Counted from the stretch's first letter, positions 37,405-52,000 are shown. The stretch: DNA of 64,000 nt from Thalia democratica (GCA_965202585.1 OZ241829.1:29078001-29142000); one strand, 5' to 3'. Numbers and translations: made by a program. The notes: generated from the sequence alone by a model not told the origin.

Positions 37405-38557
37405 TTCTAGAGTCTAAACCATCTTTGTGAGAACCATTTTCATTGTTTTTTATACATTATAAATGAAGAAAAATATATGTCTTTTTTTAAAGTTTGTTTT
37501 TCAAACTAAATTATCCCCAAAAAAATCGGCAATGCTTAATTTTTTCATTTAAATAGAATAAATTATAAAAAAAGCTCATATATTTGTAGATTTCAAATAG
37601 CTCATATTGGCCCTGGTTTATCTATTTAAAAATAGTTGTAAACTAGGGAAATTTTTTTATTGAAATTTTCGCGGGTTTCTAAAGCTATTCTACTTAAACT
37701 TTTATGCCTTCACTTTTTTTTTTATAGTATAAAACATCAGTGTCAAACACTACCCCTTGCAATGATAAACGTTTTCTGGGGGAAAGTGAGTGTGTTACAT
37801 CATATGTAATTTTACCTGCCTCATCAATATTTAACTTTAACATCCAAAAATAAAATAAACAAAAATTATTTTTTAAACAAATAAAAAAATCCTTGGTGAC
37901 ACGCCATTTGGAGAACACTCACAAGGCTAAATCTCAACACTGAAACCACGAAGTGTTGGAAAATCATGAAGCTCAAATCCCCAAGTAAGTGTTCACTGGC
38001 CTACAACAAAAAATCACACCAAAAATCAAATCATGTGATCACCGTCACCATAGTGAAATTACAATCAGTTGTTGAGAAAATGCATAAAACTAGTATTATA
38101 ATAATTACATAATCTTTAAATAACTATATTAAAGCTTGATTACTAACTAACTTACCAAAATGTTACTCAGAAAAAATTAAAAATTAGGCTAAATTAAAAA
38201 AAAAACTACTAAGAAAAATGTAGTTTCTGAAACTTGTATTGGTAGAATTAATTTTAGTCTAATAATGGTAAGAAGAAAAAAAAAACTTATATTTATGCAA
38301 TAGTAATTAATATATACAGCTAACAAATAAAATATAACAAAAGTATAACAAAAACTGTAAAGCAGCAAATAAACAATCACGCTCAACCATACAAAATCTT
38401 TCCCCATCAACAGACAAAAACCGCAAATCGTAATCAGAGTAAACACAAACAAAATTGACCATACATATATTAAGAGAAACAGATAAAAAATAACAACCAA
38501 AAGCAATTAAGCAAAATCTGCGTGCAACACTAATTACTCAACCACATCACTCTAAAC

Positions 38558-41200
38558 CTACTCTGTATACTGGCTCAACAAGAATTTTTTGTAACTATAT
38601 TTAAACTGATCCTTTTTTAGGTTTTTAGAAATTTCTTGAACACTAGACCACAACTTAGGGCCCAAATACTTGAAGGAGTTTAGGCCAAGCCGTGTTCTAG
38701 GTCTTTCAATTACAAAATTATTATTTTTTGAATGTCTTGTATTGTGTGTATGAGCCATACTTACTGGAGTAAAACAATTGTGGTCAACCTCAAATCCTCT
38801 CAAAGTACTCAGCATCAACTCACAAACTTGCAAATTAAACACCTCATTAAATTTCAGAATACCAGTTTTAAAAAACAATGAATTTGCTGGAGACAGTGCA
38901 GGCACCAACAAACATATCTTACAATTCTTTTTGCATACAAACAATTGGTTTAAAATGACCACCTCAAATAATAGCAGCACCACCTCAAACAGATATACAA
39001 TACAGGATATGAGGATAAAACAAACTATTATACACCAGTTTCAAAGTACTCGTATCCAAATAATATCTCAATTTTGACATCATAAAACAACTCCTCAAAG
39101 CTTAGACTTAAGGTACTTTAAATGTGTTTTCCAATTTAAATTATCATCTAGTACCACACCTAAGTATTTAATATTTTCACTCTGCTCAATCATAAATCCA
39201 TTTACCTTAACACTGAATTTATTCTTTTTTTTGCAGTTCTATTGAACAGCAAAAACTTTGTCTTTGAATAATTAATAAACAATCTATTTTTACACAGCCA
39301 TTCATCAATTTTTTTCAACTCCATATTTATAACAGCATTAACATGGTCAATATCACAATGTTGATAACTCAGACAAGCATTGTCTGCAAAGAATCTCAAT
39401 TTAATATTTGTAGCTGAAAATATGTAATTTATATATACAAGAAACAACAATGGACCAAAACAAGAACCCTGAGGTATCCCAACATTCAAAATTTCACGCT
39501 CAGAAACAACATTATTTACAACATTAGACTGACTTATATCTTTTAAATAACTTTCAATAAAATTTAACATTGAGCATTTTATGTTATAACATTTAAGTTT
39601 TGATACTAAAATTTTATGATTAACAGTATTAAAAACTTTTGCAAGATCCAAGAAAACAGAACAATTTACCTTTTTTTTTCACCAGTATCAATTAGTTCCT
39701 CAACAATCAGATTTACTGCTAACTCAGTTGTACTATTTTTTGTAAACCCATATTGTTTGCAGTGCAGTAAATTATTTGACAGAAAGTAATCACTCAGTCT
39801 CTCACACACTAATGACTCAAAAGTTTTAGAAAAAGGAGACAAAAGAGAAATAGGTCTATAGTTATTTACATCATTTTTTTTTACCATTTTTATAAATCGG
39901 CACTACCTCAGCTTGTTTAAGAGAATTAGGAAACACCATACTCAACACAACTATTATACAACATAGAAAGGTAGGGAGAAATTATTTATTCACCAAGCTT
40001 CACAAAACAAATACTACGGACATCAGAACGCACACTCTTGTTAGGGTTCATTGTTTTACTATAATTTTCAATTTCACTCGCTGATATATTCTTAATAACA
40101 AAACCATTTTTTACATCATTTTCACAAGCAACACGTGTTCTTTTTTTTTATTAAATCATCAGCAATAGACACAAAATTTTTATTCATAACATTACCAATT
40201 TTTTTTGGTGCAACAACAACATTACCATGCACATCAAGCACACTATTGATTTTTGAATGAGAGATAGGCTTAGTAGCAACAATATTGTTAAATATTTTCC
40301 ACAACTTTTTACTGTTTGTTTTGTTTTTGTTTACAACTTGTTTAAAATAAAGTATTTTAGATCATTCAATAACCCAATTCAGAATATTTCTATATTTTTT
40401 GAATGTAGTTGAATTTTTTTTTTGTTTTATCTTTGATGGCGGACAAAAACATTAGATTTTTCTTTTTAATTGAAACAATAATCCCCTTTGAAATCCAAGG
40501 TTTAGCTTTTAGTTTTTGATCTTTTTTATTTAAAAGTTTAATTGGTGTATGATAAAACACTGTGCTACCAAACACACTCTCAAACTCATTCCAACACTCA
40601 TTTATATCCTCACCTTTTATAATACTCATTTTCAATTTACCCAAGTTCCTTCTAAGATCATTTGAAAACTCCAACATCAAACTTACTAAAATCTTGAACT
40701 GATTTTTGATAACAAAATTCATTTTTATTCATTAAACATTTAATTTCACAAACAACAGGCGTATGGTCAGATATATCATAATCTACAACATTAACATTTA
40801 GCTTCTCACTCCCAAAACTAGAATATACATGGTCAATCAAAGAACTAGAGGAGCAATCAGAGGAAAGTCTATTTGGGGAATCAACAAATTGTTTAGCACC
40901 AGCACTAGAAATACAATTAAAATAGTCACAAGTACGCTGATCTCTATTAAATAAGTTTATATTTATATCACCACCAATTATAAAATTTATTTTATTTTCA
41001 TTTAATATATCTAGACCTTTAATGAAATTTTCTTTAAAAGTATTAAATGTAGAGCTTTGGAATAAATTGAGAAAAAAAAGATCAGATTTATTATACAATT
41101 GGACATTAAGGGTAAAAATATTTATATTATTTTTCAATTTATATCTCAAACAGTTATGTTTTACGTTTGTTTTTGTCCTGTTTATTGTTTATTTAAAACA
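38558..41200 (-). mobile_element. CR1/L2-group LINE ORF2 (AP endonuclease plus RT), frameshifted; 3' UTR may extend to about 37880
   Basis: Motifs IIGGDININL, LIDHVYS and SDHTPV (APE); YRPISLLSPFSK, QYGF, DLAKVFNTVNH, GIPQGSCFGPLLFL and FFADN (RT) across ORF fragments 40658-41149, 39666-39887, 39202-39651 and 38558-38983. Confidence 0.92.
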
Positions 41201-41397
41201 ATTCTCTTTTATTGTTTTTCTTGTACCACATTTATTGAAAATGAAAACAAAGTTATTAATTAAAAAATAGAAAATATTTTTAGTTTTTAACTTTTTTCTT
41301 TGATTGTATTATTTGTTAAATAAATGAACCTGAATAATATTTGTCTACAAAAACAAATTTTGTTATATGTCTTACTAAAAAAAAGTTTTAAAGTTAA

Positions 41398-42072
41398 GAC
41401 CATAGAAGGGGGGTAAGCCATGTTTTTACAAGTTGATCTTGTTTTATATTATTTTTTCTAATCTTTAAGATGCTTTTTATGCTTTTAAAAAGATTTAATT
41501 ATTTTTGAGATATGACCAGTCAAAGTCGGGCCACATAATAGATTCCCTATGGAAAGGGAAAACTTAAACAACAAAAAAAAAAAATTGTTTAAAATCTATC
41601 TCATACATTTTTGAAGCAATCTTCTTCTAACTTTCACAGTCTAATCTTTATACAATAACAAAAAGCGTTACTTGTGAATTTAAAAAAATTTAAGTTAAGG
41701 TACTTTTTTTTTGAAATAAAAAAAGACTTTTTTTTTAGTTTTTGTCATAAAATTTTAATTTTTTTAAATTATCAAAATTTATAAGTAACATATTTTTTCT
41801 TATAATGTAAGGAACATTTCCAGAAAATTTCAAGAAGATTGCTTGAAAATGAAAGAGGAGATAGATTTTAAGTGATTTTTAAAGTTTCCAAGAAAATTTA
41901 CCTCAAAAAAATTACAGTCGATACATTTGTATTGAAAACTTTTTACAAAAAATAAAATAGTTGTATGATATTTTTGAATTCTATAAAAACTAGCTTATAG
42001 TTTGTAGTTAAAGCTTTCATGTTAAAGCTAAAGTTAATTTTTGTTAAAAAAAGTGTTTTTCCCCCTAAGGCC
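41398..42072. mobile_element. Kolobok-like MITE
   Basis: ttaa|gaccatagaagggggg ... ccccctaaggcc|ttaa; internal similarity to 62792-63442. Confidence 0.75.
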
Positions 42073-42309
42073 TTAAAGGATTCAAACATATTTCTTTTCA
42101 TACTTTACTAATTTGGTAATTTTAGTATAATACTAATGTTTAAAATTTCAATATAATTGAGAGATGAGGTTTGTTAAAAATAAGTCTTTTCAGAGAACAT
42201 TACTATTACTTTTATCAACTAAGTTGTACTTTTTTTTTTTTGTTAATTAAATAATTTTTTACTTAAAAAAAAATAATAATTTGTGCACATGCTGTTATAC
42301 TGGGGTAAA

Positions 42310-43080
42310 AAGAAGAGCACTTGATGAAAGCCATAAGCTTTGCAAGAGCTTACACTAATATAGAAGATAAAGATATAAGTTTAATCAGACACACCTGTAA
42401 GACAATTCTAACATTAACAGCAAAACATGGATTAAAAAAGACGGCAACACATTATTTGATGTACCAATGGGATCATTTTCTGTGACCTTATAGGCCTTTA
42501 CGTCCTAAACAACTTAAATCCCTCTATAAAAATAATGAAATTGGTTTATATAGAGACAACGGCCTAGCCAATGGCATGCAACTTTTTAGACACAACTCTA
42601 AACCTCACTGACAACAAATATAAACCATACCGCAAAGAAAACTCAGATGTTAAATATGTTATCAAAAAATCAAACCACACAATACTTACGAAAAAAAACC
42701 TCCCATAAATTATTGAAAAAAGGATTAAGAGACTCTCCAAAACTGAAAAAATATTTAAAAACTCTCTACACACATACCAAAATGCTCTAAATGATTTAAA
42801 TTTTAAACACATACTAAAATACTCAGAAAATAAAAACCCTCAAACTAAAAAAAAAAAATCCGACCAAGAAATCATCTACTTCAACCCACCCTTCTGCCAA
42901 TCTTTTAAAACAAATTTAGAGAAAATATTCTTCCAACTCATCGATTAACATTTTAAAAACAATGAAGTACTCAACAAAATTATAAACAAAAATAATTGCA
43001 AAGATTCATACAGCTCTATAAATGATATCAAAGTTATAATACAAAAACATAATAAAAAAACCTTAAATAATATTTCCAAT
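42310..43080 (+). mobile_element. Penelope-like element reverse transcriptase fragment, degenerate
   Basis: ALDEAISFA...WIKKDGNTLFDVPMGSF, IGLYRDNG (YRDDG-like), YKPYRKENS and IIYFNPPFC motifs with frameshifts. Confidence 0.8.
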
Positions 43081-43690
43081 AAAGAAAGTCAGACTAAATC
43101 AGGCTAAGTCAGGCTAAATCAGTTTAAAAAAAAAGATGAAAAACATCAGACTAAATCAGCTTTTTTATTTAAAAATTTGAGAATTTCAGTTTTTCTCAGT
43201 TCAAATGCTTCAAAATTTTTGATTAAAAGTAATTGAGAAATCTTTTTAAGATCAAATTGAGATGTGAATTTATTTCTAAATAATGATTTAGTTATTAAAG
43301 ACAAAATCAGTCAGTATTTGTAAAAATAAATGCTTAAAACCTTTTGTTGAACCTCTAGAAAGTTTTTAAGATTCTTTACTATTTTGTTTTAAAAGATTAT
43401 ATACGTCATAATTGTGAAAATTCATAAAAAGAATCTGAATTAAACATTACAGTTTAGTTCAACAACTCAACTGTTTGTTTGAATTTTAAAACTTGTGTAA
43501 GCGTTTCATTTTAATTTTTAATAAAACACACAATGTACGTTGTTTTATTATAAATCTTCTGGTTATAATTTTTACTTAGTGCTTAATTAAATTAAACAAT
43601 TGTGTTTAGTAATATATATTAAATGTTTACACTAGTAATAGACTAGATATAACACTTTTTTAGAACTTATCACTGAATTTGTTATTTTAA

Positions 43691-43860
43691 GGGCATAGGG
43701 GGGTCAATCACCTTTTTTACAATTTAGTCTTATTTTATTGAGTAGTAACTAAACTATGAGTTGCTTTTTCCAGGTTTTTAAAGCTCAATATTTTTAAGAT
43801 AAAGCTAGTTGAAGTCGGAGACTACAATAATACTAATAAAGACCCCTCCATATCTAAAAT
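43691..43860. mobile_element. Kolobok-like MITE, 5' fragment
   Basis: ttaa|gggcatagggggg left TIR. Confidence 0.65.
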
Positions 43861-45941
43861 TAATTCTATACGAGATTTTCTTTACTTTGAAAAATGTCAG
43901 GCTAAATTGATCTAAGTCAGGCTAAATGAAAAAAATTTTGCGCACGAACCCTGCAATAAAAGAAACAATTTAAATAAAAGACACAAACTGTTTGCGATTT
44001 GTCCACATTAAAAAAAGCTTCACTTTAAGACTTAAGCGCTTGCTAATTAATTTTGCATGCTATTTTATTCTTTTAAATTAATTTTCATTTATAAGTACAA
44101 AATGTTTTTAGTCCTATTTAAATAACTTAACAAAACTCCAGCTTTAAACTGTAAAAACTAAATTATAACATCAACTTAGTTCAAAGTATACATTACTTAA
44201 GTCATAATGATAGAAGCAATATTATTCAAAAAAATTTAATGCACTTTTAAATTAGTTCAATTTAACTTCAGCTAGCTAGTAGTTTATCAAGTTATAAATT
44301 TAATTCAAATCCATTTGTACATGGTAATATGTAAGTTATTTAGTTTATTTATTCACTTTAAGCTGATTGTATTTTTAAATCTAGTAGTTTTATGTTCAAT
44401 ACCTCAGTTAAAGTTTTCAATTTATTTAGTAATTCTAGTACAGTCAATTTTTATGTTTAAGACTCAAATCTTTTTAAGTATCATAAGTTACAATTTCTAA
44501 TTCACTTGTTTTGCTTTGCTTTATTTATAGTATCTTCAATGTCTTGTTTGATTTTTATTTTTCACATTTAAATTGTAACTGAAGATTCCTTAAAGGGTGA
44601 AACTTAAATTTAAAAATAAAATTTTGATTAATTAATGTTGTATATTTGTCTCTTTATTTTCAAATAAGTTGAGAACTATTTTTGTTCAATTTAGAATCTC
44701 ATATACAATTTATTTGCTTTCACTACACATTTTCCTAAAAAATAACAAATTGTAAAAATAATTTTAAAATATGCTAGTTATTTTGTATCCTTTATGTCAT
44801 GTTCTTAAATCTAATTCAAAGATTGTAGTCAAAAAAGCATGGCTTTAATCAAGTTTAGACAATGATATCAAATCACTTTTATTTTGTTTTATTTTAATTT
44901 ATAAATCTTGGGTTTGTATTTTTATTTGTACCTCTGTTTTAAACTATTTTATATTATTTAGTGTTGCAAAAAAATAAAAGAATTTGACATTTTAGACAAA
45001 AAACCTGAAATTTTTAACTAGTTTTACATGTTTAGTAACAAAGTTTCATTATATATAAAAATTCTATTATAAAGATTAAACAATTTTGATCCAGTAAATT
45101 TTTTTGTGTTTAATTAAAAAAATTATTAAAAAAACACATTTAAAGTAGCTTCAAAGTATGTTGTTTTACTAATGACAGTATTTCTAACTCAAGTTAAATT
45201 TTTACTAAAAATGGTTAAAAAAATTGTTTTTTATAAACCTATAATAATTTACAAATAACCTTTGGCAACCCTGATTCTTGTAATTAATTCTGCTTCTAGC
45301 AAATGTTTGTAAATATTTTCTAGCTGTAAATTTATTATAGAATAAAAACTATTAGTGCAAAACCATTAAAAAATAAATTAAGTTATTATTTAAGATGTTC
45401 ACTTAATATTGTGATGTAATTTTTCTCTTAATCCTATAAGAGACAAGTAAACTAACATTTACTCCTTAAAATAACCTCAAAAGTTTAATAATGTTTGAAA
45501 AAGACTAGGCTATTAGTTACTAATTACATTATAAATTATAACTGAAACATTAGTTACTGAAACAGTAGTACCAACAAATATAAAATAGTTATCAACTGAA
45601 AAAAATCAATAAATTTTGGTATATGTTATCTTAAAGCTTTTAAGAATAGGTCTAATTCTATGAAAAATATGTTGTAAAATGTATTTAGATAATATGTTAA
45701 AAAGTGATAATACAAACTACCCTTGAAAAAATTTTTCAGTTGTTTTATAATAAATTACAAAACCTTCAACTGCATATTGTTATAGAAAAAGGGTCTAGTT
45801 GTTTATTTTAAATTAGTACATTATAATATATGATGAATTTTATAGATTTTTATTATACACATTAATCACACATTTACTTTTATGATTAGTTTATTTATTT
45901 TTCATAGTACTTTTATCACCAGTAGATTTTGTAATTTAACC

Positions 45942-47753
45942 ATGGTTCATGATGCAAAAAAGATGAAACTTTCTGCTGACTGCAAGAAATTTGCCATATT
46001 AAGCGTGTCAGACAAAACTGGGCTGGTCAGTTTCGCCAAAAAACTGTCCGAATGCGGGTACAAACTGCTGGGAAGTGGAGGAACTGCCAAGAAGGTTCGG
46101 GATGCCGGCATCTCCATTGAAGATGTCAGCAGTGTCACGGGATTCCCTGAGATCCTTGGAGGAAGGGTGAAGACCCTGCATCCGGCGGTGCACGGCGGTA
46201 TCCTGGCAACTGATTGTCAGAGAGACTTTGAAGACATGGAGAGGCTGAAGCTGAACAACATCAGAATGGTGGTGTGCAACTTGTACCCTTTCAAAAACAC
46301 TATCAGCAAGGGGGATGTCCCCATGGATGAAGCAGTTGAGCAAATTGACATTGGAGGGGTGACACTGCTCAGGGCGGCTGCCAAAAACCACAAGTTTGTA
46401 ACCGTTATCAGCGACCCTGGTGATTATGACTTGGTATTAAAAGAAATTGAAAGCAGTGAGGACAATAGCACTAGCAGCAAGCTGAAGCAGAAGTTGGCCA
46501 CAAAAGCGTTTGCCCACACTGCAGACTACGATGTGGCAATATCTTCCTACATGCTAAAACACAACAGCAAAGGAGATTGCAGTGTGAGTCTCAAGTACGG
46601 TATGAACCCGCATCAAAAACCTGCTTGTGCCTTTTTGACCAACCAAAACCTTCCATTTGAAGTTCTCAATGGAATGCTGGGTTACATAAACTTGTGTGAC
46701 GCGTTGAACGCCTGGCAACTGGTGAAGGAGCTGAAAGGATCGTTAGGAATTGAAAGCGCTGCCAGCTTCAAGCACGTCAGTCCTGCTGGAGCAGCCGTTG
46801 CTGTTGAGCTGACCAGTGAGCTTGCCAAAGCTTACATGGTTGAAGACTTGGTGGACCAACTTTCACCAATAGCAACCGCGTATGTCAGGTCCAGAGGCTG
46901 TGACAGGATGTCATCCTTTGGCGACTTCATTGCCTTGTCTGACAACTGTGATGAAATAACTGCAAAAGTTATTTCCAGAGAAGTTTCGGACGGGATCATA
47001 GCGCCAGGCTACAGTGAAGCAGCTCTGAGCATCCTGAGAAAAAAGAAGTCTGGAAAGTACCTTGTGCTAAAGATGGATGCAAATTATGAACCAGAAGCAA
47101 TGGAGACCAGGACAATATATGGCATCAAGTTGGAGCAGCCCAGGAACACTCACCTTGTCACCAAGTCCTCATTCAGCAACATCGTGTCCAAAAACAAGAA
47201 GCTCCCTGCAGAAGCGCTGAGAGACCTTGTAGTTGCCAGCACCGCTTTGAAATACACCCAGTCCAACTCGGTCTGTTATGCTAGAGACGGACAAACAATA
47301 GGTATCGGGGCCGGGCAGCAGTCCAGGATCCACTGCACGAGGCTGGCAGGGGACAAGGCAAACAACTGGTGGCTCCGGCTGCACCCCAACGTCCTCAGCA
47401 TGAAGTTCAAGGCTGGCGTGAAAAGAGCCGAAAAGGCAAACTTGATAGACGCCTACGTGAACGGCAACGTCGGAAAGGAGCTGAAGGAGGAGGAGTGGCG
47501 CGAGAAGTTTGTGGACGCTCCCAAGCTCCTCACCGATCAAGACATTGAGGAGTGGGTGGGGAAGATGCGCGGAGTCTCCTTGGCGTCAGACGCGTTCTTT
47601 CCCTTCACCGACAACATTGACAGGTGCCGTCAGAGCGGGGTTGTCTACATAGCGAGCCCTGGAGGATCTTCAATGGACGATGCGGTTGTCAGGGCTTGCG
47701 ATGATTATGACATCACCATGGCTCACCTGCAGCACAGGATGTTTCATCACTGA
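45942..47753 (+). CDS. ATIC: Bifunctional AICAR transformylase / IMP cyclohydrolase (603 aa), intronless
   Basis: Uninterrupted ORF with [86 protein letters not shown] and a C-terminal FHH; eukaryote-type. Likely start at ATG 45942 (aaccATGg); AATAAA at 48061. Confidence 0.97.
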   Translation: MVHDAKKMKLSADCKKFAILSVSDKTGLVSFAKKLSECGYKLLGSGGTAKKVRDAGISIEDVSSVTGFPEILGGRVKTLHPAVHGGILATDCQRDFEDMERLKLNNIRMVVCNLYPFKNTISKGDVPMDEAVEQIDIGGVTLLRAAAKNHKFVTVISDPGDYDLVLKEIESSEDNSTSSKLKQKLATKAFAHTADYDVAISSYMLKHNSKGDCSVSLKYGMNPHQKPACAFLTNQNLPFEVLNGMLGYINLCDALNAWQLVKELKGSLGIESAASFKHVSPAGAAVAVELTSELAKAYMVEDLVDQLSPIATAYVRSRGCDRMSSFGDFIALSDNCDEITAKVISREVSDGIIAPGYSEAALSILRKKKSGKYLVLKMDANYEPEAMETRTIYGIKLEQPRNTHLVTKSSFSNIVSKNKKLPAEALRDLVVASTALKYTQSNSVCYARDGQTIGIGAGQQSRIHCTRLAGDKANNWWLRLHPNVLSMKFKAGVKRAEKANLIDAYVNGNVGKELKEEEWREKFVDAPKLLTDQDIEEWVGKMRGVSLASDAFFPFTDNIDRCRQSGVVYIASPGGSSMDDAVVRACDDYDITMAHLQHRMFHH

Positions 47754-49002
47754 TGTTTTAGTGGCTGATGGTGGTTTTGAACAAGCTTGTAAATTGTAAA
47801 TTTAGACATTTTGTTTTTATAGCATTGATACTTTTAGGTCTTGGGTAAGTATAGTTGGCTGCTGTAATTTTTAGACAATTCTTTCGTCTTAGTTTCAAGT
47901 TCTGAAAACTATAATTGTAATTATTTTGGAATTTATTTAATCATTTTAGGTACTTTTTTTATATACTACATACTCTTTAATTTTTTTTTATTAATCATAG
48001 TTACAGTAAATAACAAAACATTAAACGTTCTTATTTTTGTTTGTATAGACCTCTCCGCATAATAAAATATTAGTATCTGTAGTACTGATTTTGTAAAGTT
48101 AAACTTTTTTATCTAAAAAATTCAGGTAATATAATAGAAATAAATTTAATTTTATCAATAATTTTTTTACCTTTATAAAAAAAATTGTTTATTTTGAATA
48201 TAAATAAAATCTAAATATTAGTTATTTAGTTAATTACTAAATGTTTTGTACTAATATTTCTGTCTGTATAAATGTTAATAAATTTGCTTAAAAAAACCAT
48301 CTTTAATCTGTTAGTTTTAAAACACTTATTAAACATTTCACAACTTCAGTAAACACAATACAGAAACGTAATTATTCTAAAAGTTGTATGTGTTTAAAAT
48401 ATTTGAATAGTTTTATAGATTCTGCAGTGTAATTACAGATTAAAACAATTACAAACAAAAAACAGGACTAAAAAAAAGTATTCAACTAATTATTGACATC
48501 AAATAAGTTTTAAATAAATATAGATAGAAAAACGTGCTGCATGCAACTTTGAACAAAAACCTGAAATATTAAGAGCATTTATAAATTATATCTTACAGCT
48601 TTTCCATTTAAAGAAAGTTCTTTAGCCTTTTGAAGAGCAAATTTTAAACTTGTTTTAATCGTTTAGTAAAACTTAAGTTTTTATACAAATGTTGATATTG
48701 GTTACAAATTTATCATTATTCATAGCATAGAAATACAAAAGTTTACAGTAAATATACATAGTAATTGGTAATTAGAATATACAACTTTTATTTTAATACT
48801 ACTGCTGTACAAAAAATATTGTCTAGTTTAACCAAATTATTTGTAAAGTTTTCTAAAGAGGTTGATATCGCCCCCTTATTTTAAGAAATTTCGATTTAAA
48901 ATAAACTTTAACTGCTAAATTAAAAAAAATGACTACGGCTGAAAACTTTACAATAAACTTATAGCAATTAAGTTACTAAAATCCTTGAAAAATATACAAA
49001 AA

Positions 49003-52000
49003 TCAGTCGTCATTTTTCTCACAAACAGCTTTCAAACACAAGTACTTCAGGTCGGTCCTGTACTTTTTACTTCGCATCAGAGTCACAAACACGTTTACAA
49101 AGCTGAAAAAAAAGTTCAACCTTTATTAAATATTGAAACTAAAATAAACTCAGCATTGTTAACTTTTTAACCATTTTAAAGTAAGCTATTCGGTCTAAAA
49201 TTTATGGAGCACGGGCTTTGTTTAGAAAGCTATATAGTTTTAAATTTTCTCACCCAACGAAAATCAAAAGGTAACCACAGACAGTTTGCATCCAGTCGTA
49301 GTTCGCAAGGAAGCCTGCCAGCTCCATGGCGTAGAGAAGTACTATTGGCACTGAAATTTAAATAACTTTCATCTTGAAACTGTTGTAAATTTAACTACTA
49401 AATATTTATTGTACAAAGAATTATTAAACAGGTATTTAGTCTGTTGATATCGAACATTTTTAAATGTTAGAGAATAAGAATTTAAACTACGGTCCAACAG
49501 CTTTTCAAAAGTAACAGGCCGAGTTTGTTCAAACAAAATCTTTCGAGTTACGCATTTTTAAAAAATACAAAAAAAAAAAAAAAAAACTTTATTGAGACAG
49601 AAATCAAGTTAGCACTGCATCAACTTGCGAATGATTCATTTTCATATACTTCAAAATAAAAAAAAGTTTTTCACAACTTTTCAAAACTAAATGGTATTTA
49701 AAGCGGGCCGGATGTTTTCGCTTGACAGACAGGACTTAGTGTGGACATCGTTTGCCCACTCCTGGTTTTAACTACTAAATATATATCCTATAAAGTTTAA
49801 ACTCTTTATGTCAAACAATTTTTTTTAAAGTTAACTTAACTGGTATGTCCAAAGGGTAAATATCGTCAACAAAAACTATAATTTTTAAAGCTCACTTTAA
49901 AGTCTTTTTACTTTTGAGTTGTTGACTTATAATACAAATAAAATTATATACAAAACTTAAAAAAAATACTAGCATCAAAAAGTCTCAATTAATTTTTAAA
50001 CAGTCAAAAAATTAAGTTTACAATTGAGAACCAAAAATACTATTTTTTATAAAATACTTTCACTTTCAAGCACCGAAGATATTCCATTGTAAAGATTAAT
50101 GGTTTTAACAAGTCCGTTATTCATAAAAAACTGACGTGCGCTCAACAAGCTGCCGATCTGCATCCAGGTGAGGTACTTGAGAAGATCCTCCTGCTCTTCT
50201 ATCCTCTCCCGGATGTTGGAAGACCTGATCTCCCGGCACTTCTTCATCTCACATCGGATCTTTGATTTCGTGATCCGCGTGAACGTTATCTTGGTGAACG
50301 ACAGTTAAATGTATGTAAAATATTTGACTGCAAAACAGCGTTTAAACGAGTTGTTAGCTAAAAAACAGCTCGTAAAAATGTTTTAGATGATGTTAGATCA
50401 GGGTTTCCCAAACTTTTTTTTTCAAATGGCTACCTTTAAAGAAAATAATAAAGCTATGGCCCCCTTCAACAAGATTACTCAAAAAACTACCATTAAAAGC
50501 ACCTAAGACCTTTTTTTGCTCTTTATCGACAACTTCAGAATATCTAGTGTAAGTTTAAAATTATAGCCTTATGACCTCATGACCCCCCGTGGCTCCTTTA
50601 TGATGGCTGCTCATGAGCATCTGTCATCAATTAATAAAATCACTTGCACAATTTTTTTCTTTAAAATTTATTAACTAAACATATATAACAAAAATATATG
50701 CTGTAATGAAACCATGTTTATAATTGATTATTACCAAATCAATAAATCTACAAACTTTTGCTTTTTACAACAAGTAGATAAATTAACTATAATGTAACTG
50801 ACCATAACAACGACCGGGACCACTAATATCCCAACAACCATGACTGCCAAATTTGCCTGGTCTTGTACTTTCGTTGACTTGGGGTTGTAGAAATAAAACA
50901 GCACTTGTGGAGAATAATATATACTAACCCATTTGTTGCTGTCTTGGTCTAAACAGGATAAATATCGTGACAAAAGTTTTCACACTACTCATGTATTAAA
51001 GTTAAAGTAATTTTCAAAACTCAAAACATGCTTAAATATTTTAATATTACAACTGTTTTACCAAAACTTTAACTACTTAAAGTTTTCGTTTTTACAACAG
51101 GTACAACTTTTTACAGACAGTCTTAATTTACTTTTTTATTTGAAAAACTAAACGTTTAAACTATTATTTAGATCTATCAAATAAAAAGCGATACTAAGTA
51201 ATAGTTTTTTTAGTTGACAAAAAACTACTTCTTTATTTATAATTTTTTCTAAATTTAAGTGCTTAAATTTAAATTGCAAATAAAAAAAAAAAGTTTTGAT
51301 GTTTTTTAGTTTTTCAGATGACAAACCGTTGTATAACAATTTAACAAAAAACATATTTAAAATAAAAAGTCAACCTTAGTTTGGAACTGAAATGAGTTTT
51401 ACGTCGGCTTTTGTTTAAATTTCAGGTTTAAATTAAATATTTATGCAATTAGCTGCATACTCTTTCCAACCCCAGTAAAAATGAACTTTAAGAGTTTATA
51501 CTATAAGTTGATTTATTTTTGCTTCAGAGTTATACATTAAAATACGGATGATAAACGAAAGGTCCGGGGAAAAATTTGGTCCGTGACGTATTTGATAGGT
51601 TAAAAATATTTTGCAAAACATAAAGCTGAGGTTTTTTATAATAAACAATTTAAAGTGTGATCCTAATACAACTTTTATTACACAGAACTCAGAAGTACTT
51701 GTTAAATGATTATTTTATTAAAAAAAAACTACGCAGAATTTTGCGTTATTAATTTTTATAGTGTTGTTTTTTTCAAAATTTACACAGCCAGCTAATAATT
51801 TCAAAAACAAATCCAGCCTAAAAAAGATTATTTTTTATGTTAAACCCTAAAGAAGTTGCCCATCCTTACCTTATAAGCCTTTAAATTAATATTAGACCAT
51901 ACTTCTTCTTTATAAATACACTTTCTTCTTCAGATTTCGATCAAAACGACTTAAAACCTACAAAGCAAACTTAAAGTATGTAATAATTGAAAATTCTAAG

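Noticed and set aside
38189-38506. 105-aa hydrophobic minus-strand ORF
   Set aside because: T-rich LINE 3' region producing an F/L/I-rich pseudo-ORF.
45882-45941. ORF-track N-terminal extension of ATIC (MISLFIFHS...)
   Set aside because: AT-rich, no homology, and contains an acceptor-like tract; ATG 45942 has better context and fits ortholog length.
45947-47540. Antisense ORFs within ATIC (45947-46138, 46008-46391, 47169-47540)
   Set aside because: Expected shadows of a GC-rich CDS; no recognisable products.
45942-47753. Bacterial horizontal transfer of purH
   Set aside because: The protein follows the animal/fungal ATIC layout (WWLRxHP region, C-terminal FHH), not the shorter bacterial PurH.
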